The position numbers were made by a program, and so were the translations under genes. Of a stretch of 27,583 nt of DNA, positions 22,353 to 27,583 are shown one piece after another (position 1 is the first letter of the stretch; the number at the start of each line of letters is the position of its first letter). Below the pieces are notes generated by a model. That model saw only the letters and a list, made by a program, of their open reading frames with translations. It searched no databases and was not told the DNA's origin. Source of the DNA: Thermoplasmatota archaeon (lineage in GTDB: Archaea > Thermoplasmatota > E2 > JACPAO01 > JAHFTW01); assembly GCA_035292455.1 (NCBI GenBank), contig DATDQC010000208.1:1-27583 (forward strand), read 5' to 3'.

Positions 22353-22646
22353 TCAGTCGCCGACGCCGCGCATGGCACGGTAGACGTTTCGTCGGTGGCC
22401 AATGCGCGAGACATGGATCTCCTTGAGGGGAGGGTGAATCTGGAACACCACTCGGTAGTCTCCGATGCGAAGTCGCAGCAAGGGCGGCCGTTCATCGATG
22501 CCTTTTAGGGCCTTGACATCGAAGCGTTTGGACCGCGGTTCCTGCGCGAAGGCGCGGAGGACCAACCGGATGCCGTCGGCGATTCCGTTTGGCAAACCGT
22601 CCAGTTCGCGCTGCGCGACGCTGCTTGCCAGGATGGCGTAGGCCAC
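22353..22646 (-). CDS. relE: RelE/ParE family toxin (TA module 2)
   Basis: AQRELDGL, DVKALKG, LRLRIGDYRVVF, IGHRRNVY. Confidence 0.92.
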   Translation of the reverse strand: MAYAILASSVAQRELDGLPNGIADGIRLVLRAFAQEPRSKRFDVKALKGIDERPPLLRLRIGDYRVVFQIHPPLKEIHVSRIGHRRNVYRAMRGVGD

Positions 22647-22649
22647 GCC

Positions 22650-22844
22650 TCACCGGAGGGGTTTCAGGGCCTTGCGGTCCGCGATGAGCGCGTAGGCCTC
22701 TTCCAGGAAGGCGCGCTCCTCTTCCGCTGCGGCCTCCGCTAGTTTCCGGCGCAAGACCGTGTCGAACGTCTCGCCGGGCAGCCGGGCCTCCTCCAGGAGT
22801 TTCTTGGTGCCCTTGCGGACCTGAATGGTGGCGTATTCTACCAT
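22650..22844 (-). CDS. Putative antitoxin (TA module 2), RHH-like N-terminus
   Basis: MVEYATIQVRKGTKKLLEEARLPGETFDTVLRR...; this is the 3' end of ORF-track entry 22650..23729; ends 3 nt before the toxin GTG. Confidence 0.82.
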   Translation of the reverse strand: MVEYATIQVRKGTKKLLEEARLPGETFDTVLRRKLAEAAAEEERAFLEEAYALIADRKALKPLR

Positions 22845-22854
22845 GATTACTAAC

Positions 22855-22871
22855 ATAGTAGAATCTACTAT
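22855..22871. promoter_or_regulatory. Putative operator of TA module 2
   Basis: Perfect inverted repeat ATAGTAGA-A-TCTACTAT between the TATA-like GGTTTCAAA and the antitoxin ATG. Confidence 0.65.
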
Positions 22872-22931
22872 TTGAAACCAGTAGCACGGGCCAGGGCCTG
22901 TGTTCATCAGCATCCCCCCCGTCCGCCGCCC

Positions 22932-23567
22932 GTGGACCCCACCCGCCTCTGGTTCCTCCGGCACGGCGAGATCGAGGAACGCTTCGTCGGCACCATCCTC
23001 GGCAGCACCGACGTCGGCCTCAGTCCCCTCGGCCGCCACCAGGCGGAGGCGGTGAAGGAGTACCTCAAGGAGGCTCCCCTCGACGCCATCGTGGCAAGCC
23101 CGCTGCGGCGCGCCCGCGACACCGTCGCCCCGCTGGCCGCCGCCCGCGGCATCCCCGTCGAGGTCCGCAAGGGGTTCGCTGAGATGGACTTCGGCCAGTG
23201 GGACGGCCTGACGTGGGAGGCGGTCAAGGCCAAGGACGGCGAGAAGGCCATTGCGTGGGAGCGCGACCCCGCCACCGTGGCGCCGCCGGGAGGCGAGTCG
23301 GCCGACATGTTCTTCGCGCGCATCGAGGGGGAGCTGACGAGGCTCCTGCAGGAGTTCAAGGGCCGCAGCGTGGTGCTGGGCGGCCACTCCGGCGTCAACC
23401 GCGCCATCCTCGCCCACATCCTCAAGCGCCCCTACATGGACTGCTTCGCCTTCGCCCAGGACTACGGCTGCCTCAACGCCGCCGGCTGGTCGGCCGAGAC
23501 CGGCTTCGGGCAGGTGGCGCTGGTGAACTTCGTGCCGGGGCCGCGGGCGAAGGCGCAGGGGGATTAG
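22932..23567 (+). CDS. Histidine phosphatase family protein (CobC/GpmB-like)
   Basis: WFLRHGE, LSPLGRHQA, SPLRRARDT, EMDFGQWDGL, PPGGES, GHSGVNRA. Confidence 0.92.
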   Translation: MDPTRLWFLRHGEIEERFVGTILGSTDVGLSPLGRHQAEAVKEYLKEAPLDAIVASPLRRARDTVAPLAAARGIPVEVRKGFAEMDFGQWDGLTWEAVKAKDGEKAIAWERDPATVAPPGGESADMFFARIEGELTRLLQEFKGRSVVLGGHSGVNRAILAHILKRPYMDCFAFAQDYGCLNAAGWSAETGFGQVALVNFVPGPRAKAQGD

Positions 23568-23920
23568 CGGCGCCCACCCCCAAGATTCCGAAGGCGTGCC
23601 AGCGCAGTGGCGAGAATCCGGTCGTATCTTTGCGAGCGGCGCTCCACCGTCAGGACCAGGACGCGTCGTTCGGCCTTCTCGACGACAAAGCAGGCCCGCA
23701 GGTCGCCGACGCGCAGCCGGCCGAGCCAAGCACCAGAGCCTGCGTCGGCCAACTTCTGGATGTCAACTCCAGGCCGGCGCCGGAACGGGTCGGCTTGGAG
23801 GCCGTCGAAGGCGCGCTCGAACCGCTTGTCGCCAGGCGCGGAGAGATGAAGAAGCTCGTCCCTTGCCGAGGGGTGGAAGACCAGCTCGAACCCGCCGCCC
23901 CCGAGCGTGGGGGCGGTCAC
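23564..23920 (-). CDS. relE: RelE/ParE family toxin (TA module 3) with C-terminal extension
   Basis: FELVFHPSARDEL, DIQKL, GRLRVGDLRACF, VERRSQRY; follows a small antitoxin-like gene. Confidence 0.85.
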   Translation of the reverse strand: MTAPTLGGGGFELVFHPSARDELLHLSAPGDKRFERAFDGLQADPFRRRPGVDIQKLADAGSGAWLGRLRVGDLRACFVVEKAERRVLVLTVERRSQRYDRILATALARLRNLGGGRR

Positions 23921-23923
23921 GGG

Positions 23924-24142
23924 TCACCTTCGGCGCAGGCCCTTCTTGATTTCGCTCCAAGGCACGCCGCGCACCTTGCCCGAGCGAAGGTCGCGCAGGC
24001 GACTCTCGAGTTCCTGGATGGCGTCCTCCACGGGGTAGTGCCGAAGCACGTCGTCCATGAACTCGCCCCAGGAGCGGCCGCCCTTGACCAGCGCAAGGCG
24101 CGCCTTGGTCTCCTCGGGGAGGGTGATGGTCGAATAGCCCAT
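23924..24142 (-). CDS. Putative antitoxin (TA module 3), RHH-like N-terminus
   Basis: MGYSTITLPEETKARLALVKGGRSWGEFMDDVLR...VPWSEIKKGL (C-terminal W-x-E-I-K pattern common in addiction-module antitoxins). Confidence 0.82.
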   Translation of the reverse strand: MGYSTITLPEETKARLALVKGGRSWGEFMDDVLRHYPVEDAIQELESRLRDLRSGKVRGVPWSEIKKGLRRR

Positions 24143-24151
24143 GTCCAGGGA

Positions 24152-24167
24152 GACAATTGGACAATTG
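24152..24167. promoter_or_regulatory. Putative operator of TA module 3
   Basis: Tandem GACAATTG x2 (each containing the palindrome CAATTG) between the TATA-like CCTTAAC and the ATG. Confidence 0.6.
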
Positions 24168-24488
24168 AATAGTTAAGGATTTCTGGAGGGATGGGGCGAT
24201 GCAGAATGCGGACGATTTGAGGGGAGGCGGACGGGCCGGGGAGTGTGCGTTTTCACTCACCTCTGCCCCCTGGGCTTAGTCTCTCAGACGCATTCGGATC
24301 CCATGAAACGTCGGGTCGTCCATGGAGTTGAACTGAAGCCAACGGAGCCGCACGGGTACGAATTCGTCGTTGGCCCCTACGACTACCACGTCAGGCAGGA
24401 GGGACGATCCTGGTCAAGCATGCCGAGAATGTTGAAATTCTCGACACAGACGATTACATGGCTCGTGCCAATCGGGGCAAGCTTTGAG

Positions 24489-24572
24489 CGCCGACGCCAC
24501 GATTTGAACGTGGATGGGCTTGCGCCCGGCGGTTTTCAAGACCGCTGCCCTACCGGGTTAGGCGACGTCGGC
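24489..24572 (-). tRNA. tRNA-Ser(TGA)
   Basis: GCCGACG/CGTCGGC acceptor stem, anticodon arm GCGGT-CTTGAAA-ACCGC, long variable arm GGGC-GCAA-GCCC, T-arm CCACG-TTCAAAT-CGTGG, discriminator G. Confidence 0.96.
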
Positions 24573-24625
24573 CTACCCCCTCGACCCCCTGGAAGTTCTT
24601 AACGACCTTGTCCGGTGCCCGGGCC

Positions 24626-26404
24626 GTGCAGAAGGAGGCCGTCTCCGTCCAGGAACTCATCGCCCAGGCCCACCTCGTGGACCACCCGCATCTTCTGGGC
24701 GAGGTCCTGCCGCGCTTCGACCTCGGCGTGGACGGCATCGGCGACCTCCTGGAGCGGCGAGCCGCCGAGGACGCCGACGCCCCCTTCCTCGCCTTCTACG
24801 ACGACGACGCGCGGACCCGCAGCGACTGGACCCGCGGCGAGTGGGCGGAGGAGGTGCGCTGGGCGGTCGAGGCGCTCAAGGGACTCGGGCTGCGGCCCGG
24901 CGACCGCATCGCCACCGCGGATGAGTTCAACCACAGCGACACCCTCCTCACCCTCTACGCGGCGTGGGCGCACGGCGTCACGGTGGCTCCCCTCAACCTC
25001 AAGGAGGACGACGAGCGGCTGGGGTACATCCTCCGGCACGCCGGAGTCAAGTGCCTCTTCGTGCGCGACGCCGCCGTGGCCCGCCTCGCCCCCGCCGCCC
25101 GCAAGGCCGGGGTGGCGACCCTCGTCGCCTACGGGGAGCCCAAGCCGGACGACGACGTGGAGGCCGCGTGGGAGGAGCTGATGGCGGGGGCGGACGACGG
25201 CCAGCACCTTCCCCCGCAGCGACTGGGGACCGAGGCGCTCATCGTCTACACCTCCGGGACGACGGGTCCTCCCAAGGGCGTGGTGCTGACCCACGAGATG
25301 CTCTACGACGCCCACGGCATCGCGGAGCACCACGGCTTCGGCAAGACGGACGTCTTCATGACGGCGATGCCGCTCTTCCACGTCAACGCCATCGTCACCA
25401 CCTTCCTCACGGCGCTATGGTGCGGGGCGCGCGTCGTCCTCAACCGGAAATGGAAGCCGCAGCTCTTCTGGGAACGCATCGCCGCCGAGGAGGTCACCGC
25501 GACGAGCGTCGTCCCGGCGATGCTCAAGGCGCTCACCGACGTCGGCGAGGACATCTCGCGCCACCCCCGCCTCAAGGGACACTTCAGGACCATCATCTGC
25601 GGCGCCGGGCAGCTCTACGTGGACGTTGCCGAGGCGTTCACAAGGAAGTTCGGGCTCCGCATCGCACACGGCTGGGGGATGTCGGAGACCACTTGCTACT
25701 CCTGCTTCCTCCCACCGAACCTCACCGACGGGGAGTACCGCACCGCCATCGCCGCGCATGGTTTCCCCTCCATCGGCGTCCCCATCCTCCACAACCAGAT
25801 GGGCATCATCGACTCCGCCACCGGCAAACCCCTTGCCCCCGGCGACATGGCGAAGCCGGTGCCGCAGGAGAACTGGGGCGAGATTGTGGTGTCGGGGCGC
25901 AACGTCATGCAGGGCTACTTCCACAACGAGGAGGCGAACCGCAAGACCTTCCAGTACGGCTTTCTGCAGACCGGCGACCAGGGCTTCTCGGCCAAGGACG
26001 CCAAGGGGCGCCCCTTCTTCTTCATCACCGGGCGCATCAAGGAGCTCATCGAGCGCGGCGGCGAGAAGTACTCCACGTTCGAGATCGACACGCTGCTGCG
26101 GCAGGTGCCCGGCGTCGAGAACGCCCTCGCCTACGGCTTCAAGTCCCAGAAGCTCGGGCAGGAGGTGGGGGCCGTCATCGAGCGCCGCAAGGGGACCAAG
26201 GACGCCGAACTCTCGGAGGCCACGGTGCAGGAGTGGTTCCGCGCCCGCAACGTGCCGTGGGAGAAGACCCCCAAGGTCGTGAAGTTCGTGGAGCAGATCC
26301 CCAAGACCGCCACCGGAAAGGACCAGCGCCTCAAGTTCGCGCCTCTCTTCGAGGGGTACTACGAGACGCAGTTCAGGCCTGGGGAGGCGTGGAAGCGAAG
26401 ATGA
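24626..26404 (+). CDS. Class I adenylate-forming enzyme (long-chain acyl-CoA synthetase-like)
   Basis: YTSGTTGPPKG, PLFHVNA, GWGMSET, TGD, GRIKELIERGGE, IPKTATGK. GTG 24626 lies 22 nt after AAGTTCTTAAC. Confidence 0.92.
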   Translation: MQKEAVSVQELIAQAHLVDHPHLLGEVLPRFDLGVDGIGDLLERRAAEDADAPFLAFYDDDARTRSDWTRGEWAEEVRWAVEALKGLGLRPGDRIATADEFNHSDTLLTLYAAWAHGVTVAPLNLKEDDERLGYILRHAGVKCLFVRDAAVARLAPAARKAGVATLVAYGEPKPDDDVEAAWEELMAGADDGQHLPPQRLGTEALIVYTSGTTGPPKGVVLTHEMLYDAHGIAEHHGFGKTDVFMTAMPLFHVNAIVTTFLTALWCGARVVLNRKWKPQLFWERIAAEEVTATSVVPAMLKALTDVGEDISRHPRLKGHFRTIICGAGQLYVDVAEAFTRKFGLRIAHGWGMSETTCYSCFLPPNLTDGEYRTAIAAHGFPSIGVPILHNQMGIIDSATGKPLAPGDMAKPVPQENWGEIVVSGRNVMQGYFHNEEANRKTFQYGFLQTGDQGFSAKDAKGRPFFFITGRIKELIERGGEKYSTFEIDTLLRQVPGVENALAYGFKSQKLGQEVGAVIERRKGTKDAELSEATVQEWFRARNVPWEKTPKVVKFVEQIPKTATGKDQRLKFAPLFEGYYETQFRPGEAWKRR

Positions 26405-27024
26405 CGCTCGAATCCCTCCAGCCCGCCGCCGAACGCCGCTGGGCCAGGTCCGACAAGGTCCTCCACCGCCTCAGCCGGGCCAACCCCATCCCCGCCGAAC
26501 CCCCCCTCGCGGGAGCCGACGGATTCGCCGCCCTCGTGCAGTCCATCACCCACCAGCAGGTCTCGCTCGCCGCAGGGCAGACCATCCACGGCCGCGTCGT
26601 CCGCCTGCTTGGCGGGAAGGTGACGCCGCGCCGCGTCCTCAACCGCAGCCCCGAGGAGTTCCGCGCGGCCGGCCTGTCGCGCGGCAAGTCGGCCTACGTC
26701 CTCGACCTCGCCGACAAGACCCTCCGCGGCGACGTCGGGTTCGCCCGCTTCCCCGCCATGCCGGACGAGGCCATCGTCGAGGAGCTCACCGCGGTGAAGG
26801 GCATCGGGACGTGGACCTCCAAGATGTTCCTCCTCTTCCACCTCCACCGCCCCGACGTCTGGTGCCCCGAGGACCTCGGGCTCCGCATCGCCGTCGCCAA
26901 CGCCTACAAGGTCCCGGAGGCCAGGGCGGCCAAGGTGATGGAGGAGCGGCGCGCCGCCTGGTCCCCCTACAACTCGGTAGCGGCCCGCGTTCTCTGGCAG
27001 AGCCGGCGCAGCGACAAACCCTGA
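26401..27024 (+). CDS. alkA: DNA-3-methyladenine glycosylase II-like (HhH-GPD)
   Basis: LVQSITHQQVS, GLSRGKSAY, LTAVKGIGTWTSKMFL, RPDV...DLGLR, WSPYNSVA; ATGA overlap with the upstream gene. Confidence 0.88.
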   Translation: MTLESLQPAAERRWARSDKVLHRLSRANPIPAEPPLAGADGFAALVQSITHQQVSLAAGQTIHGRVVRLLGGKVTPRRVLNRSPEEFRAAGLSRGKSAYVLDLADKTLRGDVGFARFPAMPDEAIVEELTAVKGIGTWTSKMFLLFHLHRPDVWCPEDLGLRIAVANAYKVPEARAAKVMEERRAAWSPYNSVAARVLWQSRRSDKP

Positions 27025-27028
27025 CGCT

Positions 27029-27583
27029 TCACTCCTCGATGGCGCCGCCGCGCTTCCTGAGGTGCTCGCGGAAGGTGAGCTTGGGGTCCTTCCGCCTCGC
27101 CTCAAGATAGCCGGCGAGGTCGAGCTGCTTCGAGAGCGGCGTCCCCCTCTCCGCCCGCTCCGCCTGCCTGCGCTCCGTCGCGGCGACCTCGCGCGCCTTG
27201 GCCTCGACGCGCTCCCGGTCGGCGGCGGCCACGAACAGGAGGCCGTCGTCGTCGGCGTAGACCCAGTCCCTCGTCGTCACGGCGTGAGGCCCGAACCGCG
27301 CCGTGGCGAGGGCGTCGGCTGGCCGCGCGTCGAGCCGCTGCGGACCGCTCGGAAGAGCGCCAAGGCTCCATACCGGGAACCCCATGCGGACCAGGTCGAG
27401 CGTGTCGCGGTGGAGACCCCAGACCGCCATCCCGACTAGGCCGGAGCCCCGGGCCGCCCACGCCGTGAGGTCCCCCACGCACGCCTCGTCGAGCCGCCCG
27501 CCGTTGTCCACGACGAGGAGGCCCCCTTTCGGCGCCCCCTCCATCGCCTCCAGGAAGACGTCCACGCTGCCGACGTGGCGGGC
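27029..27583 (-). CDS. RraA/HMG-aldolase family protein (5' end beyond the window)
   Basis: Frame is open to the window edge (ARHVGSVDVFLEAM...); LLVVDNGG...ACVGDL, G..RD, FPVWS, GDWVYADDDG-like motif (RDWVYADDDG). Confidence 0.88.
   Translation of the reverse strand, partial: ARHVGSVDVFLEAMEGAPKGGLLVVDNGGRLDEACVGDLTAWAARGSGLVGMAVWGLHRDTLDLVRMGFPVWSLGALPSGPQRLDARPADALATARFGPHAVTTRDWVYADDDGLLFVAAADRERVEAKAREVAATERRQAERAERGTPLSKQLDLAGYLEARRKDPKLTFREHLRKRGGAIEE

Noticed and set aside
22357-22370. cgccgacgcc matching the tRNA-Ser 3' end as a possible att site
   Set aside because: Only 10 bp, all but one base G/C; expected by chance at this composition.
22650-23729. 359-aa minus-strand ORF
   Set aside because: Antisense to the histidine phosphatase; only the last 64 codons (antitoxin, ATG 22844) are real.
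1-27583. CRISPR array, rRNA, intact transposase or integrase
   Set aside because: No regularly spaced repeat-spacer series, no rRNA-like sequence, and no DDE/HUH/tyrosine-recombinase motifs recognised in any ORF.

Overview
A very GC-rich archaeal chromosome segment. The evidence for an archaeon is the rps6e-eIF2gamma-PIN operon, an archaeal-type KptA with an N-terminal Cys/His knuckle, TATA-like promoters about 21-26 nt before start codons, a PGF-CTERM-like surface protein and tRNAs without encoded CCA. Gene content and style suggest an aerobic, heterotrophic Thermoplasmatota-like lineage (inference). Core content: heme O/A synthesis (cyoE plus a half-size ctaA), an MFS transporter, three tRNAs (Lys-CTT, Cys-GCA, Ser-TGA), kptA, and a fatty-acid-oxidation electron-transfer set (etfBA, a FadF/EtfD-like membrane Fe-S oxidoreductase, a degenerate acyl-CoA dehydrogenase, an acyl-CoA synthetase-like enzyme). 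It also holds several orphan lipoproteins/surface proteins, a RidA-family gene, msrB, a DtxR-family regulator with an FTR1 permease and two matching operator boxes, a histidine phosphatase, an AlkA-like glycosylase and a partial RraA-family gene. Accessory material is scattered between about 17.4 and 24.5 kb: three paralogous antitoxin/RelE-like toxin pairs each with its own operator repeat, a fused hsdM/hsdR deletion scar, an alpha/beta hydrolase and a repeat-rich 730-bp intergenic tract. The most unusual non-coding items are a ~100-bp structured element built from direct and inverted copies of the tRNA-Lys 3' end, and a three-way-junction candidate leader RNA before rps6e. No CRISPR array, rRNA or intact transposase/integrase was seen. 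All calls are from motif recognition by eye; no database search was run.
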